Positions 12,289-24,189 of a stretch of 64,000 nucleotides of DNA are shown here, one piece after another (within the stretch, counting starts at the first letter, position 1; each line of letters begins with the position of its first letter). The notes beneath the pieces were generated by a model. That model worked only from the letters and a program-made list of their open reading frames with translations. It made no database searches and was not told the origin of the DNA. A program made the translations under genes and the position numbers. Source of the DNA: Magallana gigas (lineage: Eukaryota); assembly GCF_963853765.1 (NCBI RefSeq), contig NC_088859.1, positions 50,344,001 through 50,408,000 of the forward strand, read 5' to 3'.

Positions 12289-14176
12289 GCCAGCCGTTCT
12301 GCTACAGCTTATAATCCAGGAAAACGATAAGTCCGATTCGCTCGAAATTGTACCAAAATTGTTAAATTTCACTTGATGGTATCGAAAGGGTGACGGTACT
12401 TCTGGCAGTATTATCTAATGTAGCATAATTACACGCTCTATATCACGTAAATTAGTGAATTAAATAGGCTGAAATCTTATATATATGCACGTTTTTGTAC
12501 AATCAGTTTTTCATGGTTTTTTTTTTATAACAATTTCATATTTTCTGGGTGAAATGAGAGTTGTTCCCATTATATCTAAAATGATAAATTCGAGTGAAAG
12601 GATTTTCAAAAAATGTAAAGGACTTTGCGGTTTGGATAAAAATGCAAATTTAAAACCCAAACCTCGGTAATAATTCATCCAAAGTTTCTTTCATCAGCGG
12701 AGGATTTTAGATGTGAGCTACTGGATGTGTCGACCAAACAGCGACAGCTCGGAACGATAGCGAGACACAAGCGGCTCACGGAGAGATAACGGTAGATTCT
12801 TCAAATTCCTAGCCCAATTTTACCGAATACTTTCCTATCTAATTTGAGTAAATTTATAATTTATTATCTATCTGGAAATAAACGTATTCTTTATCTTCTA
12901 TCTAAACGTAATCTGTGAGCCCCTATCACCCATTTTAAAGTGGAAAGAAATTAGAAACAAAATATGTTCTGGATAACCTATTTCTCATACATGTGCAGTA
13001 CTTGTCCAAGTTACACATTAAATATAATTTTGAGATATTAAAAGTCAATGGAAAATTCTTAAAAGTTAAACCATAATTTCTTCGAAAACTACCTTTGATG
13101 TCCTTTTCTTACTGACATTTAAAAGCTAGAAAAAGAAAACTAAAACAAAACAGAAATCACCAAAAATATTTTGAAAAAATGTCTTCGGAAATGAAAAATA
13201 GTAGATTTTGTTCCTTGTGGACAAAGAGATAAAAAATTCAATTAATTTTGTGCACTGAAATGTAAAATCAAATTCTCTGGAATTCGTCCTCGGCTGATTC
13301 GTGCACTTGAGCGAAAGCAGAGGTGATTATATAGCTCCATATCAAACCAGGCGCTACCAGATAGATCGGGCGGACCCAAAAGCTGAGAAAACTAACGACG
13401 TTACACCTCTATCGATATTGTCAATATATTGCAAAATGTTTTGCACAAAATGTCTATTAACTCGACAGGGAGTCGCATTCGGTTGTAGAATACGGAGATT
13501 TTGTACTAGATACCTTGATAGTTTTGGGTGTCTCACGAATCGAATGTGTCTCTGATGCAAAGTCTGCAAATTCTAAGACATCACATGCATACATACATGT
13601 ATGTACGGATATTGCAGAATGTTACTGTAGCATTCCTATTATTTTTCCTATCAATTTGTGATCAGGCATGTTTATATAATTTCACTATCGCCCAAGTAAA
13701 TGACCACCAAAGAATCAATACACATTACCGAAGTTAAAGAGTCGATTTCTTATAAAGGGAGCATTAGCCAGAACATTTCCACTAATACAAGGAATTAATG
13801 AAACATATTGGAGAAAATGAAAATAAAATCTCAAAAAATATTAATCTTTTCCGTAAATTTCCCTGGAATGAATAATCCTTCTATTGTTGTGTTGGGTTGT
13901 AAACATTTATATTGGAGGCAAGCTCTTTTTACTGGGGGTCGTAGAGAGCCATGGACCCGGGTCATCGATATTGGACCTCAGTATAAATGGAACCCTAGCG
14001 ATACAGCAGCCAAAGAAAATGACAACACCCCACCCAGAGTGTTTCAAAGATAACATGTGAGTAATCACCAAACTGACATCTATAATATTTACTAGTAAGT
14101 CTTTCTCTTTTATGAAACTGAAATTCCTGTTTTTGTTTTGTAGCTTATTGTCGTTTCCCTTTCCGGTCCAAAAACC

Positions 14177-16220
14177 ATGCGGCGCTTTCTGCCCCTAACT
14201 CTTCTCCCTCTATTTCTGGGTGTGTTCTGCAAGGATGAAATGGTAACTGATTTTGCTTATTTGATAAAGCTTCATAACATTGTTATTTGTAAATGCAATC
14301 CAATACATCAATGTTCAAATTCATGTTTCCTTATCCGGAAAAAATATCTGATCCCCAAGGTGGCCAAAGGAGTAAAAGGTTTCAAATCAAAAGGAAAATT
14401 TTTCAAAATAATGGGACCAAAAGGCGAAGATAGAAAGGCTTTCCAGATACTTGAGGTACGAGACAACCGTTAAAGTTTCCTTTCCATCAAATATTCTGAA
14501 TGATACGATAAATGTACAAAACTTGTTACAAATGAGTTTTGGTTCAGTGTTTAACTAATCGCTAATAACGGAAGGGCGTATAATTAAAAGTTCATCGACT
14601 CGATGCGGTTGTTTTCAATGTGTTACAACAGGAGTACGAGGAGGTGAAGGGTCCCGATGATGGATCATTTGAAGAAAAGATTCAGGAACAGGAGCTAATT
14701 TATTATCAGTACGAAAAACAGCGACGAATCGCCAAAAAGTTAGGGGCGGATCCGGAAGAGGTTGAGATTCCTGAAAAAGCTAAAGAATACATGGTAAGGA
14801 AAACAACCCTCTCAGATCCACATTTTCTTTCGAATTATATGTAATTTAAGGGTAAAGTAAAATGTTGGAACGCATTATCATTACAAACATAGAAAGCATA
14901 TGGCGCTGACCTCTCTAAAAGGAACAAACAAAAGGCTTCCCTTGAACAAAGAAAAAGCAATAAACAAAGAAAACAGCAGCTCGTTCAGAAACTGAACAAG
15001 GACGCCAACAGGAAAGGAAAGAATCGTCGAAGACGGCGTAACAGAAGACGGAGAAGAAGCAGATCACGTAACCGGAAGGGGCGGGGCAAACGCATGGCTA
15101 TTGATGACGAGACACGGTTCTGGACCAATGCAATTGTTCCTTACAAATTTACTTCCGAAATCAAAAGTGAGTAAATTTAAACTTCTCCCATCTCCCATGC
15201 GTTAAATTTTTTGTTATCTATTTGAGCTTACGACGTTTGTCCAAAGTAACAAGTAAATCCACTTAAGTAAAAATATGCAATCAATAAATATTAGCTGAAG
15301 AAGAACGAATGGGTCGATTGCGCGCTCACCGGCGGTACGAGTACTGGACGTGTATCCGCTTTGTTCCATGGACGAAGACCACACCCAGCGAGTATGGGCT
15401 GGACCACAGCAACTATCTGAAACACGTGGACAACAACGGGTAACCTTGTACCCAGGGGTGGAGGTGCTGGTCGACTGCATGGGTCAGAAATTTTATCTTG
15501 TCCCGTTGGATTGCGGTGATGGTTACACATGAAACGAAAGAGATTGTTAAAAACTGTCCTTCCCTGAAATTGTCAACAATTCTAAAGTTTAATTATTCGG
15601 TGTTTACTAGTTATGTACGTGTACATTTGTAGTGCTTGTAGGTTTCATTTTTTTTTGTAGAACAGTGATTTTAATTTAACCATCGAATATGTTTTGTATC
15701 CGGATATACAAGGTATTGGAATGTAGTTTTAGGTTTTGAATATGTTTGATGTATTACTATAGTGTGAATTTTATCGTTAACTTACTGAACTTGTAAGTGA
15801 AATGTACTTGAATAAAGCTTTATCTTACAGTATCAATAATATTGCCGCGACTGTTCCAATGTTCAATGGCAATTTATTGTCGAGATAGTCTCGTTTCAGA
15901 AAAATACATGAATTATTACATTAATCATTACGAGTTTTCAGAGATTTAAGCATTCTTTTGACTAAATGTTTGCTGTTAATGTGTTACTACAGGGTTGTTG
16001 TGATACTTAATTGTTTGACATACCCCAGGTGCTGGTCTGTGTTAGGAAACACAAGAGGAAATGGACAGAAGATATCTTGCTGCATGGACGTAAGTCGCGG
16101 GGATTCGTATGTCCAGAGTCATTATCATAAATATGCTTACATTTTATGACGAGTATATGAAATCATTAATGCACAGAGGTTTACAAAGGAAGCCTCAATA
16201 TCAACATTGTTTTCATGAAT

Positions 16221-16308
<88 letters not shown>

Positions 16309-19300
16309 CTTCGTTTGACCGATGTCAGTTGTATCTGTAGGAGTCGTGTGTTCACGAGCTTGGTCACTCAATGGGTCTACACCACGAGCAGAAGAGTTAC
16401 CTCCACCACGACTTCATCAGGATCAACTTCAAGAACGTCATGCCAGGTAAATCATATATCACACAAAAAATAACGAGATATAAGCCCCCAATCACCCCAT
16501 GTATCCGTCACTATGTGATTGTTGTATCCGTCACTGTGTGATTGTTGTATCCGTCACTGTGTGATTGTTGTATTCGTCACTGTGTGATTGTTGTATCCGT
16601 TACTGTGTGATTGTTGTATCCGTCACTGGTGTGATTGTTGTATCTGTCACTGTGTGATAGTTGTATCTGTCACTGTGTGATAGTTGTATCCATCACTGGT
16701 GTGATTGTTGTATCTGTCACTATGTGATTGTTGTATCCGTCCCTGTGTGATTGTTGTATCCTTCTCTGTGTGATTGTTGTATCCTTCTCTGTGTGATTGT
16801 TGTATCTGTCACTATGTGATTGTTGTATCCGTTACTGTGTGATTGTTGTATCCGTCTCTGTGTAATTGTTGTATCCGTCACTGTGTGATTGTTGTATCCG
16901 TCACTGTGTGATTGTTGTATCCTTCTCTGTGTGATTGTTGTATCTATCTCTGTGTGATTGTTGTATCCGTCCCTGTGTGATTGTTGTATCCGTCCCTGTG
17001 TGATTGTTGTATCCGTCTCTGTGTGATTGTTGTATCCGTCCCTGTGTGATTGTTGTATCCGTCCCTGTGTGATTGTTGTATCCGTCCCTGTGTGATTGTT
17101 GTATCCTTCACTGTGTGATTGTTGTATCCGTCCCTGTGTGATTGTTGTATCCGTCTCTGTGTGATTGTTGTATCCGTCCCTGTGTGATTGTTGTATCCGT
17201 CTCTGTGTGATTGTTGTATCTGTCACTGTGTGATTGTTGTATCCGTCACTGTGTGATTGTTGTATCCGTCACTATGTGATTGTTGTATCCGTCACTGTGT
17301 GATTGTTGTATCCGTCACTGTGTGATTGTTGTATCTGTTACTGTGTGATTGTTGTATCCGTCTCTGTGTGATTGTTGTATCTGTCACTGTGTGATTGTTG
17401 TATCCTTCTCTGTGTGATTGTTGTATCTATCTCTGTGTGATTGTTGTATCCGTCCCTGTGTGATTGTTGTATCCGTCTCTGTGTGATTGTTGTATCTGTT
17501 ACTGTGTGATTGTTGTATCCGTCACTGTGTGATTGTTGTATCCGTCACTATGTGATTGTTGTATCCGTCACTGTGTGATTGTTGTATCCGTCACTGTGTG
17601 ATTGTTGTATCCGTTTCTGTGTGATTGTTGTAGATCGTGTCAAAGAGTACCAGGAGGAAGACCCCTCCAGTTCAAGGACGTTCGGTTATTACGACTTGGG
17701 AACTTCGATGCATTATAACAAGTTTGTAAGTGTCATTTGATATTAGGATAATAAACGAGATTATTGAATAAACTAAGTGTTTTGACTTAGCACAGTTGAA
17801 CAAAAATCAGAAACAACAATAGTACGCCTTTGAAAAAAAATTCCATAATCTCATTTTTCCTATGATTTATCATCTGAAAGTGAATATAGATAGTCGAGAG
17901 ACAACTAGATTCCCAAAGATACACGTATATTTTCTCCTCTTTTTCATCGTATTAAGAAATTTAAAAAAAAATTTGTCAGATGTTTTCCGCCAACTCTGAA
18001 CCGACGATGACTGTCCTTGACCCTAACCTTGAGTATCTGATGTTGACCCCTGACCCCTACAACTACTACATGTTCTACGAGATCTCGCGTATCCACCAAT
18101 GTCAAGGTAATCTACTCAATCAACACAAACTATTTAACCATATCAAGTTAACGTACACATGTGAGGTTTGAATTTATAGTGGCTAGCTTTTTGCCGTTTA
18201 AGTAACTCAGAGCTGGACACATATTTATAGCTCGCTTAGTTTTCTTGCTATTGGGTTAAAAATCAAACTGGTGCAGATGGTTTGCAGAGAAAAAAATTAC
18301 GCCTGACCTTAAGTTTGCCATGGGTGGCATTAACAGTAGTGTACCATTCATTGCAGAGATGCGTTGCTCGGACTTCCCTACTGAATGTAAAAACGGCGGA
18401 TACGTCTCATACATCCGGGACACTTGCACCTGTCGCTGTCCAGAGGGCCTTGACCCTGTTACCGGATGTACCACTGTTTACCGTGGAGGTAGGATTCTCC
18501 CGACCCATCCATTCGAGACACTTTTATATTTGTATTCTGGACCAAAGTTAAACGTATCCATTTCGTTTCTTTAATATATAAAGACGGTTCTGTAACATTG
18601 CAGACGATAGACTCCGAGGAGCCATGTGGCCGTCAGACGGGTTTTCAATGTTAAAACCTCGTAATGGCTGTCCAGACGGATTTAAAGAGGGAAGCCTCGT
18701 TATGGGAGTCCCCGGTGCGGATCACTCCGAGCAGTACCATCTGGACACAAGGCTGACGGACGACGAACTGACCGTGAGGTTCTGTACAAAGGAGCAGACG
18801 ACAGGCAGAGACACTGAGTGGGAGCCCGGGCAGTACTGTATACTACGGACCGACCGGAAGTGTCCCAATGGTAAGGTACTGTGTAATCTGACGATAAGGA
18901 AGTTCTGTCAATGATGAATATTACTAGTACAAGTATTTTTATTCCCCTAAATAGGATTTGAAGATGGTCACATCGTTGTTGACAACGAGAAAAATCCCCA
19001 TGTGGCGTCACTTCCGCTTCCTGATGTTGACGTAGACAAGAACGTTCGTTTAAACTTCTGTTGTCGCAATGATGGTAGCTGGTTTGATCAGATCTATCTG
19101 CCAAGTAGTCAACCATTTGTATTGTTTGAAAGAGGATACGAATGCCAGGAGGTTAAAGGTAATCAACTTTGACAATCACTTAAAGGACTACTCATATAAA
19201 TGTATCAGATAAGACAACATGTTACAAGAGAGTACCTTATGTTTAAGATATGATGACGTCGAGTGAATGGCTGATGATTGAGAACGACTTATCCGGAGAA

Positions 19301-22300
19301 TACGAGATTGTCGGATCTGCGCCGGACGTTACAGTCCGACAGGACAATAAGTACTTCATCAACGTCTGCTACTACTCCCCCGTCAATTACGGTCTGTGTG
19401 TGTCGATATAAAAGTCGCTGGTAGTGATCGCTGTTAGACTCTATAATCCTTAAGAATAGAAAAGCTCTCTATGGTTAAAGAAAAATATTCAAATTGATTT
19501 CAATGTACTTTTAATTTAAAACATTGCATTTTTCTTCGCTTAATATTAGTTCAAGGCTGGAAAATTCAAATTTAAAAAATTTGTGTGGATCGAATCGTTA
19601 ATTATTGGCAATCAATCTACACTCTAAGACAGTGGGTCTTCTTGTAGATTGTGGTGGCATGTTCGAACTGAGTGAGGACAAACCCACTGTGACCATTGCC
19701 TCCCCAAACTACCCTGTCCCCTACAACCCCTCCCAGCGTTGTCAATGGACCATCAGGGTAACGGAACTAGTCACCATAGCATGCGATGAGTTACCTTTAT
19801 CTACAGATCGTATAACCCATTGATACAATGAATTCTGTCTTTACAGAGTCCAAGAAATACCAAAATAAAGCTTACATTTGAGAAGTTTGAGGTGGAGCTG
19901 AGAGAGGACGACACCTGTGGTGATTACCTTGAGGTTCGATTTACGCTTCCGGGTCAACCAGGCATCAAGTAAGCTGTTGTTGATGTTCTGTCCCTTTGTA
20001 AACTCGGTAAAATGAAGCAAGAGTACCGTGCTTTCTATCTCTGGGATAACAAGGAGTAGTACTCGTACTAGTAAATAATTCTAGATCTACTCCAAAAGGT
20101 TTTACAATTCAGATTTCTTAACGGAAAATCATTATTGAAATTGAATGCTGTTTTCTGTACAGCTACTGTGGATCCACATTTGATCCGACCGTCCTGACAG
20201 AGATGAACTATCTTGGCCTGGTCTTCACGAGTGGACCTGATGTTGTTCAATCAGGATTCAAAGCAACCGTATCGTTATTAACAGGTACAACAGGTGCTAC
20301 ATACTTAGCATCGTTACATAAAACAAAGCAGTTTTAAAGTAGGTTAATCGTTAACTGTATCTTTTCAGACGACGCCTTGTGTTACACTGGAGCCGGGGAG
20401 GATTACAGGGGGAGGGTCAACTTTACCAAGGACATGGAGCCCTGTCTCCCCTGGACTGAGGTCCAACACTGTCCCCACAGCACCTTCAACCAACAGTAAG
20501 CAGTTGGTGCACTTAACCAAATTCCTGAAATGAATAACAAAATACATGTATTTAAGTTTGACACGTAGCAGTGTGTGTAGAAGAAACAGACTTTGCAAAG
20601 TGACAAAACATTCTGGTTTCTACTATATAGAGGTAACCCCCCCCCCCCCCCAAAAAAAAAAAACCCCAAAAACAAGCTATTTTATTGTCATACTTGTTGC
20701 ATTGTTGTAATTATGTTTTCAGTGACCTTGACGATGGCCTTGACCATAACTACTGCCGTAACCCTGGAGACGGTACATCACCATGGTGTTATGTCCACCG
20801 TGACAACTGTGGCAGAAATTACTGTGACCCCTGCGGACTTGGTATGTACGTTATATATACACAATGTCGACCCTGTTTCTTGTCTTACAGTTAGTTGCGC
20901 AAATTATGCTCAGTTTTTGGTATCTTTTACAGGTCACTGTTTTGACAAATACTTCGACTGCAAGGAGCTGCTTATAAATGGAACAGCAGTATGTGAACAT
21001 GATATCGACATAAAGTATGGATGCCGGAAATCTTGTGGATTTTGTGAGGGAAAACCAGATAAACCAGGTGAGACACAAAAGAATTGTCCATTTTTTGTAT
21101 ATAATCATTATTTATTCATTTATTGATTCAAATTGTTAAAAATAAACTTTATAACAACCCTACTTTTACAGTAGTCAACGTAAAATGTAAGCCACCAGCG
21201 GATGTTGATGACGCAAAACCGACGTCACCAATGAAGAGTGAATACAGCGTTGGAGAAAACGTCACCTATAAATGTAATGGCGGACCTGAGAAAGAACTCA
21301 GACAGTGCTTGTCTGACGGCACCTGGTCTGGAGGAGGCTTTGTGTGTGGGCGTAAGTAATGCGTGAATCAAAAATAAAACATCCTTATTAAATGATACAA
21401 ACTAAGTTTTTTTTTCAATTTTATTAGCAGTCAGAATGTTAATGTAATGTATAGTAGAAGTTCTTTCTCAGGGCTGGATTTAAATATGATAAACTGAGTT
21501 GTTTATATGAATTTTAACAGGTTGTCCAAACAAGTGGGTTCCCTTCAAACAATCATGTTACAGATTCTTTGACGTTGAAGTCAATAAAACTGCAGCTGGC
21601 CAACTTTGCAAAGCTTATGATGCAGTGGTGACGTCATCCAAAAATGCAGGAGAAGACGACTTTCTTACCCACATCAGGTTTTTAATGTTACATGAAAATA
21701 TGTGTATGTGGAAACTTTGTGTCTTTCATCATTCATTATGTAGCAATGATTCTAGACATCATCACAGTAGTTTATAATTTATCTGTTTACAGGGACGATA
21801 TGCGACCTATCTGGTTAGGCTTGGAGGAAGTTGTTGGTAGGGGGCGCCACAGATGGCAGGAAGACATGTCCCAGGTTACGTGGACTAAATGGAAGAAAGG
21901 TTACATATTTTTCAGAAATCATTTATGAAACTAATAATTATTCTTAGTACCTCTGATTCTGTCTCTTCCATTAAAAAAGCAAAATTTTGTTATATTAAAA
22001 TAGGGTTTTTTATGTTTAGGTAAAAGCAGCAGTTGTGCGTTCATGGATAGGGAAGGCCGCTGGTCAGGGGTCAGGTGTGATGCCCCGAAATACCTCGCTG
22101 TTGTTTGTAAATTCGCACCTTCAGGTGCGTTCACTTCCTATAAAATCTTATTTTTTTTCCCATTAATATATCCTTAAGTTTTTAAACAAGATGGTTCTCT
22201 TCTAATTTAGAGCGAACTGAATGTGCTGATGCATATTCAAATTGTGAAGATAACATAAAATTGGAACCAGGAGCGTGCAATGAATATCCGGAATTTGCCT

Positions 22301-22960
22301 GGCAGAGTTGTCCATCAACATGTGGAATCTGTGGGACAAAAGGTAGAGTTATGAACGAGACTTAGTACATCGTATCCATGGTAAAAGGAAACCTATTGTG
22401 TGATCAACTAATTTAGCGTATTCTACTTTAAAACTCTGCACTTGCAATATTGAAATGTTGTTATAAACATTTTCTATTAGGTAAGGAATGCCAGGCCCCA
22501 AAATCTCCAGATAACTCAGTTCAACTTTCAAAAGGCCAAACGGTTGAGGTTGGGGACTTCATTGAGTATGACTGCAAAAAAGGATATATACTGAATGGTG
22601 GAAATCTGCGTAGAGCATGCCTTCCATCGGGAGAACTTACGGGGGAACCCCCAAACTGTATAGGTATGTACATCTGCAGCTTGTGTAATTTTAACTATAC
22701 ATTGTATCAACAGACTGAAATTGTAAAACCTCTATGTTGCACAGGAGAACACAGTTTACCGACGGCCAATTTTGACGTGGAATTACGTCAGCGGAGTCGT
22801 GACGGTGGGACCGACGGCGCGGCGTACACCGCCGTCAACGAGGCCCTCCGGGTACACAAGGGTGGGCGTCTGGTTAGGTGGGAGTTCTACAGTATATATG
22901 ATGGAGTACTGGTCCTCCAGGTCTGGCGAAAGTCAAAGAGGGCAGGGAAGAAGATCAGGT

Positions 22961-23013
<53 letters not shown>

Positions 23014-23442
23014 GAGAGCGAGATAGTACATGTTTGATATAAAATAGGAGTATGATAAAGAGAGAAAGAGAGAGGATTGGACAAAGAATCTGTTTCTATC
23101 ATTAATGCCATAATGTTATATATTTATAGTTTTGAACTGGTCGGCCAAAATGTTGTTAAGAGCTCAAAGAACCACAGAATTCGAAAATTCGAGGTTCCAC
23201 GAGAGGACCAGATTAACGTGAAAGTTGGAGACGTGATTGGGTTCTTTTTACCCAAAGATATAAAAGGAGGAATAACTCTGGACAAATGCAATAAAAAGTT
23301 TGCTGGGCGGACTTACGGCAGTCAGCTAGTGTTTGACGGCCGGAAGAAACTACATGACGACTGGACGGTGGGAGAAGTGTACACATTCAAGCCGGACCCC
23401 CAGGACTGCAAGGTCATTTCTATCAAAGCCTTCGTGATATGA
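14177..23442 (+). CDS. Secreted mosaic astacin (M12A) metalloprotease, 26 coding exons, ~1301 aa: SP-pro-astacin-EGF-ApeC-CUB-kringle-ShKT-CCP-CTLD-ShKT-CCP-unknown domain
   Basis: Exons: 14177-14242, 14632-14793, 14893-15166, 15295-15439, 16029-16089, 16341-16446, 17634-17725, 17980-18106, 18357-18488, 18604-18870, 18955-19158, 19248-19391, 19648-19757, 19847-19968, 20163-20284, 20369-20495, 20723-20841, 20933-21067, 21172-21351, 21521-21677, 21793-21899, 22020-22124, 22211-22342, 22481-22663, 22745-22958, 23130-23442. All introns are GT-AG, phases are consistent, and the sum is 3906 nt with no internal stop. Confidence 0.9.
16226..16306 (+). repeat. (GA)n microsatellite in protease intron 5
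   Basis: About 40 uninterrupted GA units. Confidence 0.98.
16501..17633 (+). repeat. 23-bp minisatellite (gtatccgtcactgtgtgattgtt), ~49 copies, in protease intron 6
   Basis: Direct tandem array; the last unit ends gattgttgtag and forms the exon 7 acceptor. Confidence 0.97.
18357..18488 (+). other. EGF-like module exon
   Basis: CSDFPTECKNGGYVSYIRDTCTCRCPEGLDPVTGC, the CxNGGY...CxC pattern seen after astacin domains. Confidence 0.8.
18604..19391 (+). other. Apextrin C-terminal (ApeC) domain, exons 10-12
   Basis: WPSDGFSMLKPRNGCPDGF...FCTK...WEPGQYCI...CPNGFEDG..DNE...FCCRNDG...LPSSQPFVL...CQEVKG...CYY matches the ApeC Cys/Trp pattern. Confidence 0.85.
19648..20284 (+). other. CUB domain, exons 13-15
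   Basis: CGGMF...IASPNYPVPYNPSQRCQWTI...LTFEKFEVE...CGDYLEV...YCGS...LVFTSG...SGFKA. Confidence 0.92.
20369..20841 (+). other. Kringle domain, exons 16-17
   Basis: CYTGAGEDYRGRVNFT...CLPW...NYCRNPGDGTSPWCY...YCD. Confidence 0.92.
20933..21067 (+). other. ShKT domain 1
   Basis: CFDKYFDCKELLINGTAVCEHDIDIKYGCRKSCGFC, six-Cys ShKT spacing. Confidence 0.85.
21172..21351 (+). other. CCP/sushi domain 1
   Basis: CKPP...YSVGENVTYKC...RQCLSDGTWSG...C. Confidence 0.88.
21521..22124 (+). other. C-type lectin-like domain, exons 20-22
   Basis: CPNKWVPFKQSCYRFF...LCKAYDA...IWLGL...RWQEDMSQVTWTKW...CAFM...WSGVRC...VVC; no EPN/QPD motif visible. Confidence 0.87.
22211..22342 (+). other. ShKT domain 2
   Basis: CADAYSNCEDNIKLEPGACNEYPEFAWQSCPSTCGIC. 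Confidence 0.85.
22481..22663 (+). other. CCP/sushi domain 2
   Basis: CQAP...VGDFIEYDCKKGYILNGGNLRRACLPSGELTGEPPNC. Confidence 0.9.
22745..23442 (+). other. Unassigned ~175-aa C-terminal module (exons 25-26)
   Basis: GRLVRWEFYS...VLQVWRKS...FELVGQN...INVKVGDVIGFF...; open frame to TGA at 23440-23442; I cannot assign it to a named family. Confidence 0.7.
22962..23017 (+). repeat. (GA)n microsatellite starting at the donor of protease intron 25
   Basis: gtgagagagatagagagag... Confidence 0.95.
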
Positions 23443-24189
23443 GCACGACGACCAATAACAGTTCTGTTATGTCTTATGTAAACAAAGGAAATTAAATTAA
23501 TATGCATGATTTTACTGTTTCTTTTCATTTTAGAATTACAAAAGAAACACGTCTTTTCTTCTAATCTTTATTGTCAAACTGACACAAACCTTAGGCCAGC
23601 CTGAAATCATATATTTACATTTTTTGCTATATATACACTTTGGTGTTGCTACGAAAGAATATCTAAAGCTCATTGATGTATTCCATCAATAGATCTAGAG
23701 TACGCGACATATTGCATACGGTTTTATCTAAACAGCGTTTCATTAATTACACAAATGAAATTCAATAACGTGTTGTCACATTCACAAATCTAAGAAAGAT
23801 AATGCAATGCGAATATATGCTTCTGCGGTTTTAAAAAACATATCAAAGTGCATCCAGATATGTGTCCTTTTATGACAATACATTTATCCTCATTAAATGA
23901 CAGTGTTTTAACAACTAGTAAGTAAGGCATTGACTTACCCGAGAGACTAACTTATACCTATTTTGATAAAAATAAAAATTCATTGATGTGTATGATAATG
24001 TGGATTGCAAATATGTTGAATTAGTTAATGACTTCGTCAACAATTACTAGTATATTTCAGGCACGATTTACACATTCTATTATCTCTTAGAACATGTCAC
24101 TAATTCCCAATTTCTTAAGGTAATTAAGTAGCAGAAAACTATATTTACGGGTAATTCAGTTTGATTTTAGCCACAATTCTACACAAACT

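Larger units (their letters stand above)
15094..18106 (+). other. Astacin catalytic domain (exons 3-8 of the mosaic protease)
   Basis: RGKR|MAIDDETRFWTNAIVPY; TCIRFVP; GCWSVLG; zinc motif HELGHSMGLHHEQ (from 16353); Met-turn YDLGTSMHY. Confidence 0.93.

Noticed and set aside
12187-12376. Short ORFs on both strands (ELRSIERSS...)
   Set aside because: They are translations of the foldback arm.
12400-13750. Probable interspersed repeat upstream of the protease (similar impressions at 26430-27260, 28250-29000, 36860-37500, 54850-55270)
   Set aside because: I could not identify TIRs, TSDs or a second copy in the window, so no call is supportable.
16137-16367. ORF with an SLSLSL run (also 22772-23111, ERER/SLSL)
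   Set aside because: (GA)n microsatellite artefacts.
16720-17226. 168-aa repetitive minus-strand ORF (TDTTITQGRIQQSH...)
   Set aside because: It is the 23-bp minisatellite read antisense (3 units = 23 codons), inside a plus-strand intron, with no gene context.
20593-21126. 177-aa ORF as an independent gene
   Set aside because: It runs through introns; only its last part coincides with the ShKT exon frame of the protease.
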